DNA of 64,000 nt from the human T2T-CHM13v2.0 reference genome, Homo sapiens. The stretch lies in NCBI RefSeq assembly GCF_009914755.1, contig NC_060925.1; one strand, given 5' to 3'. The position numbers and the translations under genes are program-made. Position 1 is the stretch's first letter. Each line of letters opens with the position of its first letter. The notes below the pieces were generated by a model. That model was not told the DNA's origin. It saw only the letters and a program-made list of their open reading frames with translations, and made no database searches. Positions 31,871-46,180 of this stretch are shown piece by piece.

Positions 31871-32300
31871 TGTAGCAGATGCTGCTAGTGTCCTGCCCAT
31901 AGCCATTGGCACTTAGGTAACACCAATATGCATGGAAATGGTATTTCTAATGCTAGAATCTGTGATTCTGTCTGAGGATGATCTCTGGCTCCATCAGTCA
32001 GGCTGGAAGTGCCAAGGCATTTCTACCACCCTGGAGTAGCACTTAACCAATGACTACTGGGTATTGGTGAATAAGTACTCCTGCTCCCTCACTACTTTTT
32101 AGCCTGAATAACTGAAATTGGTGTTCTACATGGGCACCCAGATTTCACTGATGGAACTATTTTCTTTTTTGGCTTCCATAGCCTCCTTTTCCTACTTTTA
32201 TACTCTTTACCTGAGGTTTTTTGGTGTCACTTCCAAATAAACTACCTGTGTCTAAATCCTTGGAATAAAGTCTGCCTCTGGGAGATTCTAAACAAAGACC
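31871..32300 (+). mobile_element. LTR16-like ERVL solo LTR
   Basis: TGTAGCAGATGCTG start; AATAAACTAC...AAATCCTTG...TCTGCCTCTGGGAG end. Confidence 0.6.
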
Positions 32301-33479
32301 TACCCATTGTCCTTCCTTCAAATCACATTAGCATTTTGGTAAAGGTACTGATTACAGACATGCATGATTTAGTGCTGCTGAGTTTATCTTTAGCTTTACT
32401 GAATCATTACAGAACTCACAAATATTCGAATTTACATCTCTTTAAAGAAAGTCTAATAAAAAATAAGCTCACTATCTGCTTGTCTAATTTATTTAAAATT
32501 GTAGATTAGAGTAGGAGTAGCAGCTGCTAGTAAAAAGATGGTAACAAATAATGTTTATTGCATTCTTAGAAAATATATGTTTCATATGTACTAACTCCTC
32601 ACAACATCTGTCCTAAATTGGAGCTATTTTTGTTACCAGCAAGTTCAAGGAAAAAGCAAAGACAGAATGAAAGGTTAAATAACTTGCCTTAGGTTAGAGT
32701 CTGCAAGTGTTAGAGATGGGCTTACAACCCAGTTGATCTGTCTGAGAGGCTGCAGTCCCAAACATCATGCTCTGAATGATTAAAGTAGTTTTATTTCCAG
32801 GCAGAAGCTGAAGGTAAACCATACATGATTCTATCAATGTTCTTAAAATATACGGATAAATACTAGTGAGTCTGAGAACACATCATTGGTTTCATAGGCA
32901 ATCTGCGTGAGAAATAAACAATGTAAACGATGAATCAAATCTTTCTCTTATTTGTTTGCAAAGCCATAAAGTCCTGGGAAACTGAAGTTAGGAGTCTCAG
33001 GCTCTAGATGTAAGATTAATAGTCTCTTTTTTGAGATTAAGATTTTACCTCGGAAATGTTCTCTCCAAGTCTCTGCTTTGATTTGATTAATCTGTACAAC
33101 CAGGATTATTTAATTATCTTCTAAAAATTGCATATGCAACTTTTGGCCTCTCCTTCTTATCCAAAATTGAAATGATCCTGAAGCATTCATGACTGCCTTC
33201 AGTTTAATAGCATCAATTATATAACTGTATTCATCTTTTGGAGCTTATGGATGTTGTATTACTCTTTAGAAATATATTAGCTCTAAGATCACAGATTTTT
33301 AAAGCAAATATGTGCATTAAATTTTATCTGTTAAGCTTTGTATGTATATATGACTCTTCTATATGATATAGCATCATTTATGAGAAAATTATCTTTAAAC
33401 TTGATGAATTCACTAAATATAATCTACTAGCTGTTACACAGGTAAGCTCCAAAATTAAGAGATGACTTATCAGAATAGA

Positions 33480-34110
33480 AAAGAAGTTACTATTTTAGAT
33501 GATGTACAAAACCACAAAGAACAGAAAGTAACATTTAAATGGAACTTAGAATACATGAATTTTTGCCTGGTCAAGAAATACTGCAAAGGAGTGAAAGGTC
33601 ATATTTTGATATGGTCTTGAGGGTCAGTGCAAGAAATTTTTTCTTTCAGCAAGTTGGGGAGCCACTGGAAAAATATGAGCAAAAGTATGAGATCAGTTCA
33701 CTTGCTTTTTAGTAGAATGTCTGTGGGCCTTAGGTTGGTAGTAGATTTACAAAGGACCAAGGGCAGAGGCAGAAGATGAGTTGGAAGACTACAGTAATCC
33801 ACATGAGAGAGGAGGTGCTTTAGATCAGGGTAGCAGCAGCAGAGTGAAGGGAGTATGTAGATTTCTGGACATATTTTGTAATTAAATCTCACAGGACTTG
33901 CTGACAGTGGATATGGGGTTTGAGGGAAATAGGAGTCAAGGATGACATGGAGGTTTGGGGCCTGAGCAAACTGGGAAGGTGAAGCTGCCCAAAACTAGAG
34001 ATGAGAATAGAAATAAGAGAAGAGATATGAAGGTTCTAGAGAAAAGTTGATTTGGGGTTTGATAGAGGTGCTCTGTTTCTTTTTTGGCTATGTTGAATTT
34101 GAGATGCTAT
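33480..34110 (-). mobile_element. L2 fragment
   Basis: GGGGAGCCACTGGAA...GGAGTCAAGGATGAC...TGTTGAATTTGAGATG typical reverse L2. Confidence 0.65.
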
Positions 34111-35149
34111 GTATAGAGTACTGAGAAAATCTGGAAAACTATTCTTAAAAACACCCACGAACTGACTCTTGCAGACTGTAGGATGCTGATGACAGTGTTT
34201 TCCTAAAATTCAAATTCTTGTCTCTTGTGTCAAAGATGTTTGAATGGGAAGTCCTTAGCTGTCCTGTAGACTATTTTATGAGATTTTTAAAAAATGAAGA
34301 TGAGTCAATTAAATGTGAAAAATTCCTCGGTCTCTCTATATATAATGTAATCCATTTTCCATAGGCTTCTCTGACAACAACAGCAACAACTGTATAGTTA
34401 TCCTTATTTGAATTCCCTTGGCTGACATTTATTCTACATCCATCACTTGATCTAAAATCAATACTCATGTCTCTAGTCACCTGCTCAGAGATGTTATTCA
34501 TTAATTTTTAACAGGTAAAATCTAACTTGTTCTCACTACAAATGGATAAGTATAAGCTTACACTGCTGGGGGTTTTTTCTTTCTTTTCTCTCGTAGAGAG
34601 CCAGGCTGGCATGTTTAAAAAGAAAATGAGCCAAATGAAACTTAAGCTTCACATTTTGGCATGCTTAAAACCCAGCATGTAAATATGGCCCCTGAGAGAA
34701 GCAAAGACAAGCTTACAAACAGATGTTTTCACAAGTAAACCATTGATTTTTAACCTTGAAGAGATAATAAAGCAATGTCAGCTTCTCTTTATCAGCAAGA
34801 GAGGGAAGTCATCTATCACCCCCAGGGGTTTATGATGCTTATAAATGAATGGTGATGGCAATGTCAGCGTGACACTTTTGATACTGTAAACCCTTAGATC
34901 TGTTTGAGGTTGGGATCTTATACTGAGAGACCTAACTAGAAGCTGTGTATTTATAGAGCTCTCCTGCAGATGCGGATACTAATACATTTTTCTACATATC
35001 TTCAAACCCTTTCAGAGTGACATTGGCCAGAGCAGCTCCTCTAGCTTTCAAATTATAGTATCAATTGCAAACTTTTCCAGAAGTACTTAAAATGGTATAC
35101 ATTTTAGGGTAGTTTTTTTTTTTGCAAAAATATTTTATTTAAAAATTAT

Positions 35150-37430
<2,281 letters not shown>

Positions 37431-37729
37431 TTAATTTTAATTGTCATTTTTAACAAATTCCAAACCCATTAAATAAATAAGTACTTTCATCTTTATTTTG
37501 TTAACCTTTAAGATGTTGGGTTAATAGATTTTCTCACCTTATAGCCTGCCATCCTAGAAGTGCTTATATACAGGACAAGACATTTATGGAGTGTTACCAA
37601 ATTCAAAAAATGTGTAAGTTTCGTTGATTGAATCCTTAATCAATGGGTAGAAACTAGATGATACTGAGATATTAAGAAGATAGAAAAGAAAATAAGAAGG
37701 CGGCATAATTATTTTGAGGACAGCATTAG

Positions 37730-38020
37730 ATTCATTTTTCTAGCCAAGTTTAACTCTACTTCTTAAATGACCACTCTCTAGCAAAGCCTTCCCTGACTTA
37801 GACATTTGCTGTCACATTACCCTGTTTATCTTATTATAATTTGTCACTATTGGTATTTTTGGTTGATTTATTAATTTCTTTTCTGTCTTTCCACTCTAAT
37901 CTCAAACATAAATGTCCCGAAGCAGAAACCCTATACAACTTCTTCAGTACTTTTCCTGCCAGTGCTTAAAAGGATGCCTTTTTATTGTAGGTGCTCAAAA
38001 AACATTTGTTGAGTAAGTGA
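37730..38020 (+). mobile_element. L2 3' end
   Basis: AAGCCTTCCCTGAC...GTAGGTGCTCAAAAAACATTTGTTGA. Confidence 0.65.
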
Positions 38021-38064
38021 ACCTGAGACTATCAACAAGCATTATTTTAAAATCACTAGCAAAG
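37991..38064 (+). ncRNA. 74-nt candidate exon derived from an L2 3' end (would belong to an isoform starting upstream)
   Basis: Acceptor CCTTTTTATTGTAG|G and consensus donor AAG|GTAAGT (GT 38065); the 5' part GTGCTCAAAAAACATTTGTTGA matches the L2 3' terminus. Confidence 0.5.
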
Positions 38065-38091
38065 GTAAGTAAGTAATATCACCTCTTCTTA

Positions 38092-38274
38092 GGCTTTCTT
38101 TCTTTCCGTCTTTCTTTCTTCTTTCTTTCTTTCTTTCTCCTTCCTTCCTTCCCTTTCTTTCTTCCTTCTTTCTTTTTCTTTCTTTCTTTCTCTTTCTTTC
38201 TTTGTCTTTCTCTTTCTTTCTTCCTTTCTTTCTCTCTCTCTCTTTCCTTCCTTCCTTCCTTCCTTCCTTCCTTC

Positions 38275-38345
<71 letters not shown>

Positions 38346-38367
38346 TCCTTCCTTCCTTCTTTCTTTT
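38092..38367. repeat. ~275-bp compound (TTTC)n/(TTCC)n polypyrimidine tract
   Basis: Direct reading; it is the tail of the adjacent Alu. Confidence 0.95.
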
Positions 38368-38647
38368 AGACAGAGTCTCACTCTGTCACCCAGGCAGGCT
38401 GAAGTGCAGCGGCATGATCTTGGCTCACTGCACCTTCTGGCTCCCAGGCTCAAGTGATTCTGTCTTGGCCTCCCAAGTAGTGGGGACTACAGGTGCTCGC
38501 CACCATGCCCAGCTAATTTTTATATTTTTAGTAGAGTTGGGGTTTCACTATGTTGGCCAGGCTGGTCTTGAACTCCTAGCCTGAAGTGATCTGCCCATCT
38601 CGGCCTCCCAAAGTGCTGATTAGAGGCATGAGTCACTGCGCCTGGCC
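38368..38647 (-). mobile_element. Alu (AluJ/S) body
   Basis: Dimer; TTAGGCT found on both sides of body plus tail. Confidence 0.92.
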
Positions 38648-39069
38648 CTTTAGGCTATCCATCATAGGCAGATGTCTTATCAAGACAGAGAGCTTTTTGA
38701 AGAAAATTAAAAAATAAGATTCTGCCTTTGCGTGTAATGACGCAAGCAAGAACTTTTTACATCATTAAATGATTATTTTTCAAAATATATTTGTAAAATA
38801 CAAGCAGATTTAGCATTTTTGTTTACTAAAAAGAATACATTTCTTTCATGACAACAACATAATCAATGTTCGATATTTGAACTTTGCTTTTCTCTATACA
38901 TTAGTATAAATTTATCCCTTAGATATGACATAAGTCCAGTGATTCTCAAAAAGGAGAGGAAATATGGGTTTAGGGGAGTTTGAGTGTTCATTGAAGTGGA
39001 TTTAGAAGTATGAAAGAAGAATCTAATTGAAGGTATATAAAATAGAGATGGCAGTTTGAATTGTGTGGC

Positions 39070-41116
39070 TTTTTTAACTTTTAAGTTCACAGATACATTT
39101 GCAGATTTGTTGTACAGGTATACTTGGGTCATGGGGGTTCGTTGTACAGATTAGTTTTTCACCCAGGTATTAAGCCTAGTAGTAACAATTAGTCATTTTT
39201 CCAGATCCTCTCCCTCCTCCCATCCTTTACCCTCTGATCGACCCTAGTGTCTGTTGTTCTCCTCTATGTATCCATGCATTCACATTACTTAGGTCCCACT
39301 TATAAGTGAGAATATGTGGTATTTGGTTGTCTCTTCCTGCCTTACTTTGCTAAGGATAATGGCCTCCACCTCCGTCCATGATCCTGCAAAGGACATGATC
39401 TCATTCTTTTTTATGGCTGCATGGTATTCCATCATACATATGTACCACTAAATGTCTATTGATAGGCATTTAAGTTGATTCCATGTCATTGCTATTGTGA
39501 ATAATGGTGCAATGAACATAGGCATGCATGTGTCTTTTTGATAGAATGATTCATATTCCTTTGGGTATACACCCAGTACTGGGATTGCTGGGTCAAATGG
39601 TATTTCTATTTTTAGGTCTTAGAGGAATCGCTATACTGTTTTCCACAATGGTTGAACTGATTTATATTCCCACCAACAGTGTTTAAGCATTCCTTTTTCT
39701 CCACAACCTTGCCAGTATCTGCTATTTTTTAACTTTTTAATTATAGCTATTCTGACTGGTGTGAAATGGTATCTCATTGTGATTTTGATTTGCATTCTTT
39801 AATGATCAGTGATGTTGAAATTTTTTTCATATGTTTGTTGACTGCATGTGTGTCTTCTTTTAAAAGGTGTCTCTTCATATCCTTTGTCCACTTTTTAATG
39901 GGGTTGTTTGAAAACTGGCACAAGATTAGGATGCCTTCTCTCACCACTCCTATTCAACATAGTACTGGAAATCATGGCCAGAGCAATCAGGGAAGAGAAG
40001 GAAATAAAGGGCAACCAGATGGAAAGAGAGGAAGTCAAACTATCCCTGTTTGCAGATGGTATGATCCTATATTTAGAAAACCCCATAGTCTTGGCCCAAA
40101 AGCTCCTGAAGCTGATAAACAACTTCAGCATAGTCTCAGGATACAAAATCAATGTACAAAAATACCTTGCATTTTTATACACCAAGCTGAGACATACATA
40201 CAGTCAAGCTGAGAGCCAAGTCAGGAACACAATCCCATTCATAATTGCCATAAAAAGAATAAAACACCTAGAAATACAGCTAACCAGCAAGGTGAAAGAT
40301 CTCTACAAGGAGAGCTATAAAACACTGCTCAAAGAAGTTGGAGAGGACACAGACAAATGGAAAAACATTTCATGCTCATGGATAGACAGAATCAATATTA
40401 TTAAAATGGCCATACCATCCAAAGCAATTTATAGATTCAATACTATTCCTATCCAACTACCAAGTACATTTTTCACAGAACTAGGAATAGCTATTTTAAA
40501 ATTCATATGGAACCAAAACAGAGCCCAAATAGTCAAGGCAATCCTAAGCAAAAAGAACACAGCTGGAGGCATCACGCTATCCAACTTTATACTACGGGGC
40601 TGCAGTAACCAAACAGCATGGTACTGGTACAATGACAGACACATAGACCAATGGAACAGAATAGAGAGCCCAGAAATAAGAATGCACACCTACAACTATC
40701 TGATCTTTGACAAACTTGACAAAAACAAGCAATAGGGAAAGGACTACTTATTCAATAAATGATACTGGGATAACTGGCTAGCCATATGCGGACTCCTTCC
40801 TTGTACCATGTACAAAAATTAATCCTGTATGTATTAATGACTTACATGTAAAACCCAAAACTATAAAAACTTTGGAAGACCACCTAAGCAATGCCATGCC
40901 GGACACAGAAACGAGCAAAGATTTCATGATGAAGACGCCAAAAGCAATTACAACAAAATCAAAAATTCACAAATGGGGGCTAATTAAACTAAAGAGCTTC
41001 TGCACAGCAAAAGAAACTATCAACAGAGTAAATAGACAACCTAGAGAAGTGGGGGAAATACATCTGACGAAGGTCTAATATCCAGAATCTATAAAGAACT
41101 TACACAAATTTACAAG
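39070..41116 (-). mobile_element. 5'-inverted L1PA: 3' part antisense 39070-39910, ORF2 part sense 39911-41116
   Basis: 275-aa ORF2 RT remnant at 39908-40735; TSD AGTTTGAATTGT(G/A)TG at 39053-39067 and 41115-41129. Confidence 0.93.
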
Positions 41117-41369
41117 TTTGAATTGTATGAGATAATTATAATCAATTAAAGGGCATTCTATAAAATTTATTTTAAATTAAAGAATTTGAAGCATTATATT
41201 AACATAAACCAAATGCGTCTAGCCTCAACAGATTGTCAAAATTCCACTAGTTCACAGACCACACCTGCTTATACAGAACAAAGTGGCATGATCAGATTTT
41301 TTTTTCAAAGTGATGGAAACGTTTTGCCAATATGAAAAGCTGAAAAACTGTCAAGCTGCTGTGTGTCAT

Positions 41370-41510
41370 AGATGAGTGATCATAAACGAGTAGCCTGTCT
41401 TGGTTGCCTGGGACAGTCATAATTTATACTATTGTCCTAGTGTCGTGGTTAATTGGACCCTTTTTCATTACCAACATTGCTCCAGTTTGCTAAATTACAC
41501 CTCACCCCAG
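41370..41510. mobile_element. MER94-like hAT (Blackjack) relic
   Basis: GGTTGCCTGGGACAGTC...TTGTCC...CCCTTTTTCA...TCACCC resembles MER94. Confidence 0.5.
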
Positions 41511-41849
41511 CCATAGATAGTGTGGGTGGCCTTCCTAATTATGATAAGGTCCCTCTTGGTGGAAGTGACAGTGAGAATAAATGCCCAAGAAGATCTTTAA
41601 TCAAAAAGAAGGGCTGCTTAGTGGTTGCTGCTGTTGATCTTTCTCTCCTTGGCATAGCGAAGCCTGTGGTATTTTTACAAGTTGAAGACAAACGCTCATA
41701 AAGAAGGTCAATATTATAGTTCATGAAGCCACATAAGACAGTTGGTATTTAGGGAAATTGTTTCTGGGTTGCTTTCTCAGCTCTGGTGGGAGCCTAAATG
41801 ACTGCCAGTATATTTTGGCAGCCATGCTCAACAGACCTGCTCACAGGCC

Positions 41850-42040
41850 AACGTATTCAAAAGCTCCAGGAAAAAAAAAAAAAAAAGCCATTTTCCTCTC
41901 TCCACCACATACCACACTTCTGGGATTCTGAAATATCTTACCGAGCACTTTATTCAATCTAAATTTAAATAGAAGTTTTCCCCACTTCCCAAGAGAGAAA
42001 CAACAACGAACTAGATGAGAATGAGAGGAACTGGAAGAAG
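41850..42040 (+). ncRNA. SOX2-OT: Probable first exon of a spliced lncRNA, tentatively distal SOX2-OT (SOX2DOT); 5' end approximate
   Basis: Unique sequence ending in donor GAAG|GTAATG (GT at 42041). The ATG at 42015 gives only 11-12 aa when spliced to the downstream exons. The gene name is recalled from memory of the transcript, not verified by search. Confidence 0.55.
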
Positions 42041-42948
42041 GTAATGCTCCATATCATTTGGTTAATCTATTCTTGTTTATTAATTTATTACATGGAACAG
42101 TAAGTTTAATGGCTTTAACTTTGAAGTGGAAAAGAAGCCCCTACAGTATACTTCCAGAAAATGCAATAATGACTTTAGGAAGATCTAGGACAAGGATTGC
42201 ATATAATATTTTGGGCTATTTTTCAAGGCCTGCTTTAACCTTAGCCTTCAGATTTATCATTTTACATTAGCCAAAATAAACTACTACCATAAGAAACCAT
42301 GAATTATTAAAATCAGAACAGTTTCCTATATTTATTAGTTTAGTCATAAAATTGCTATTAGAAATAGCATACAGATGAGTTTGATATCCATAAAATCATT
42401 GAAACAACATGACATTTACTACCTGTAGTACATAATTATACTCACATACTCTTAGATGCATTTATTTCTGTCACTGAACCATTATTTTCAGCAAGTTGTG
42501 CTGCATTTTCAGAAGTAGAATTTTAACTTCCTCTTATCTTTTATAGTTGTAGTCTTGAAAAGGTATAATTTCAAGAAATATTCTTCAGAGGAAAAAAGTC
42601 TTCTTAGGGTACACATCATTTTTTACTATTTTTGATTTTTTAGTAATTTTACTTCTTTTTTCTTTGTTTATACTATGAAATCTATCAAGCTGCACACAGT
42701 GGTTAATCATAAATACATTAATCTATTGATATATTTTCTACTGCATCCTGAATTTTAAAATAAATGTTATAAATCTCAAAGTCACATGCAATGAAAGCAC
42801 ACTTAAAATACTACTTAATGAAATTAGTCTCTCTCTTGTATTTTTTTCTTTTATCTGTTCACTTCACCTTTGCACTTCCATTGCTTACATTTATTCAATA
42901 ATTCATATGAAGAAAAGTTTTTTGTATTTGTTTTTTGGTAAAATGCAG

Positions 42949-43178
42949 TAATGAAATCTGAGAAGCTGAATTTAGCAATACAGATGCAAACTGTGCCATC
43001 AGAAGATTAAAATGAAAGTGAAATGTCCTGAAAATATCAGAATCGCATCAGTAATAGAAGTAAATGAAAAGTGAAGACCTCTTTGAATTATCTTATTTCA
43101 TTTGACTATGTTCCTCCTGAGTCACAAAAAAAAGATGTTACAGCTATTTTTCTTAAGCTGATGGGCCAAAAGATTGTA
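42949..43178 (+). ncRNA. SOX2-OT: Candidate lncRNA exon 2 (alternative donor possible after 43059)
   Basis: T-rich tract then TGCAG| acceptor (AG 42947-42948); donors GAA|GTAAAT (GT 43060) and GTA|GTAAGT (GT 43079+100=43179); unique sequence; early stop when joined to the upstream exon. Gene name from recall. Confidence 0.5.
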
Positions 43179-45924
43179 GTAAGTATTTTGACGATTGTCT
43201 GGTGGGGGGTGTATGCGTGTGTGTGTTTTCTTGATCTTGACATATATTAAATGCATCATTTTCTCTGATTTTCTCCTGAGAATACTTTTTTGAAAGCTCA
43301 GGTTAAAATAATTTGACTAATAACTTAAAATAAAGGAACTTAAAAGATACCTTTGTGCTCTACCAAATTAAAGTTTTACAGTATTCTTCACTGTGCTTGA
43401 ACAGCACCAGGACATGTATCCAAATGAAATATTGTATTAGACTTCTAAATGATTTGCCTTTATTGAAAGGGCCATCCTCCAGTGTAAAAGTATGTCCAGT
43501 GTAAAAGTATGTGCTCGAATTTTTAAGGATTTGTGAATGAGTTAAAGCGGTGCTAATTGCCCTTTGAAGCATTAGGAGTCTCTGCTCCTCTATGTATAGT
43601 CCTTGATTAGAACTCGAGCAAAATCCTGTTTAGACCATCCCTGGGAGGACCTTGAAATTTGATGGCTAATAAAATGAAATGTACGCCTCTGCAGGGGCTC
43701 AACAAGGATTTATGGAATGCTTACTGTGCATTAGACACTGGGATTCCATCATGAGTAAGACTTGGTTTCTACATAAAGAAGCTTAGACAGATGATTTGAA
43801 CTGAGATATTTTAATATAGGAGCATACTGTATCAGCAAGACTTGAACGCTTAGCCTGACATGGTAGAGCCACTTAGCCCAACCTGACCTTTTACATGAGG
43901 CTACTAGATCTTCACCTAAAGGGTGAACAATATAGATATTTTCTCTGCTTCCTTTGTGCACATCTAATTTCAAAACTGCTTAAAATACCTCTACATTGTG
44001 CCATCTTCCTGACTAAAAGCTTTATTGTGGTTGATGTGATATGGCACAACCAAGGCTTTTTGTCTCTTCAGAGACTCTTTATCTTTTCCAGAGATTAAAT
44101 GAGAGTTTTCATGTAACTTTCACTGTAAGTGTGTGAAGGGATTTCAAAATTTTTGTTATCTGTGATAGTGTAACTGGTAGTCCACTATATGGGGAGGGTG
44201 GGGTGAAGGGTATGTATATATGGCTGAAGAAAAGGTCTCTCTCTCTCTCTCTTATTTTGGAAAGGAGATAGCATTGATCTTGAGGTCTCTAATTATTGTT
44301 GATGCAAGGAGAAGGTTGTTCTTATTTCAGATTACATAATTTCCTAATCTTTCAAATGGTGATAACACCTTTTTATCCCTGATAGAGTTGGATATTTCTG
44401 TTCAAGTACTGTTACCACCATTATAACTTAAAGTCAATCCTGAAAATAATATTATGCCATAATGATCTGTTGTTCCATGCCACTTACAAATATGAACCAG
44501 CCAAGTCTTTTTATTTTTAATCAATTGAAATTTTACTCTGAGGAAGGGAAGAGATTTTTCAATGCATACAAAGCATTTTCAGCAAAACAAAAATGCTTTT
44601 AGAGAAGACTCAGAGGATTATTTCTCATTATTTTTGGCATCCGTCTTTCCATTGAAACAAGTCACAAGCATATCTACAGTTGATCAGTTGACAGATCAGC
44701 AATTCTATTAAGACGAAAACTAACCTTGGACATGTTTAGAAGGAAAAGGGTGTCCTTTGATTTATTATGCCATTTTATGCTTGTGCCATTATTTCCCTTT
44801 CAGCTATTCAGGCTATGTTAAGTGGAAACATCCAGCATTTTTAATAAAGTGCTTCATTCAAACCAAATATTAACCAGAAGCATTTTAGAAGAGTCTTCTA
44901 TTAAAGTAAATGAAATAAAGATCACCCAGTTCTGTTCAATAATGGAGAGTAAGGCATAATGAACAGAATATAGCAACATTCTTGCGATGACAAACTATGC
45001 TGTCACTTCTTTTTAGTGCCAGCTGAGGTCTGGGTGTTTTCCTCCAGAATTACAGGGACATTCGCTTTTTAGTAGTTGGCAATGCATACTAGTTATTGTG
45101 TATCTTGGTGAGAGTTATTGAATGATATGTAGTTCATTTGTATATTTAGGTGAAGTTATTTTGAAAATAATTGTTTTTGCTTGAAGTCAGGATTAATAGC
45201 TATTTTATATACTTTGAGATTTGTGGTTTAGTCAAAAGTTAAATGTTCACATTTCTTTGAATTTAAAAGTATTCTCATCAATTTCTCTCTTTGTTGCGTT
45301 TTTGAGATTCTATAATCTACTTTCCTCACCACATTCTTTTACAGCCTCTAAATTACCGGTTCTAAATTCTTTCAGGATTTACATTTTACTAAAGAAATAT
45401 GTAAGATACAGGGAAAGAGTTTCTCAGGAAAGAAGAAATAAAAGTTGAAAAGAACAACATACTTCTAAATACACTTTGACACAAAGTAATCTTAAAATTA
45501 CAATAATTCTCCATTGAACTTTAATTTTAGATATTCCACCACCGATTTATCAGGATATTTAATTCTACTCTTTGTTCAAATAGATTTAACTTATAAAAAC
45601 AATGTTTCTTTAGATACTTTGTAGTTGTGATATTAAAAATTATAACTAAATTTCTATTAGTGTCTACTTTATAACTAATATATTAAAAGCATTTTTTGTA
45701 ATAAAGTGATTGTTTCAAAATTCATTGGCACCTTTAAAAATTGAAGTTTCTCATTACATTTGATAGTTAATCTGAAGAACTATTAAGAAGAATTGGTCTC
45801 AGAAATAATCTTACTGGGAGAATATGAGAAAACATATGGATATCTTATAATGATAATAAACTAAAAAATTGTTAAGGTTGTGTTTTCATCACGTGTCTGA
45901 TGGCAATAAATGAAAAATTAAGCC

Positions 45925-46180
45925 TATGGATGTATTTATTCAGTTATTTAACAAAAGCTAATTGAATGCCTGCTGTATTTCTGATGCAGTTCTAGGCTCC
46001 AGGGACACAAGAGTGACCAAAACTGACAGAACAGGTCATCATGGAGCTTTCAATGTGGCTGAGGATACCTGAGGAAAAAAACATCTGCTGTCAACCTAAA
46101 CTAAACTTTGCTATCAACCACAATAGGATAACACAGGGTGCTGAGAGAATAACACAGAGGTGCTTGAGTAACATGAGCTC
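45925..46180 (-). mobile_element. L2 3' fragment
   Basis: TTATTTAACAAA...TTGAATGCCTGCTG...GTTCTAGGCTCCAGGGACACA...CATGGAGCTT. Confidence 0.55.

Larger units (their letters stand above)
41510..43720. promoter_or_regulatory. Candidate promoter/enhancer block around the lncRNA first exons
   Basis: No recognisable repeats; homeodomain TAAT cores, TCF/LEF CCTTTGAA (43561-43568), AP-1 TGAGTCA (43118-43124), IRF-type GAAAGTGAAA (43014-43023), YY1-like GCCATTTT (41887-41894). Activity is inferred. Confidence 0.5.

Noticed and set aside
38079-38453. 124-aa K/E/R-rich ORF
   Set aside because: Translation of the (GAAA)n/(GGAA)n Alu tail.
39908-40735. 275-aa ORF as a protein-coding gene
   Set aside because: L1 ORF2 RT fragment, non-ATG start at an inversion junction, catalytic motif altered (FADG).
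42015-42961. Micropeptide from the spliced lncRNA
   Set aside because: Only 11-12 codons and no evidence of coding constraint visible in the sequence.
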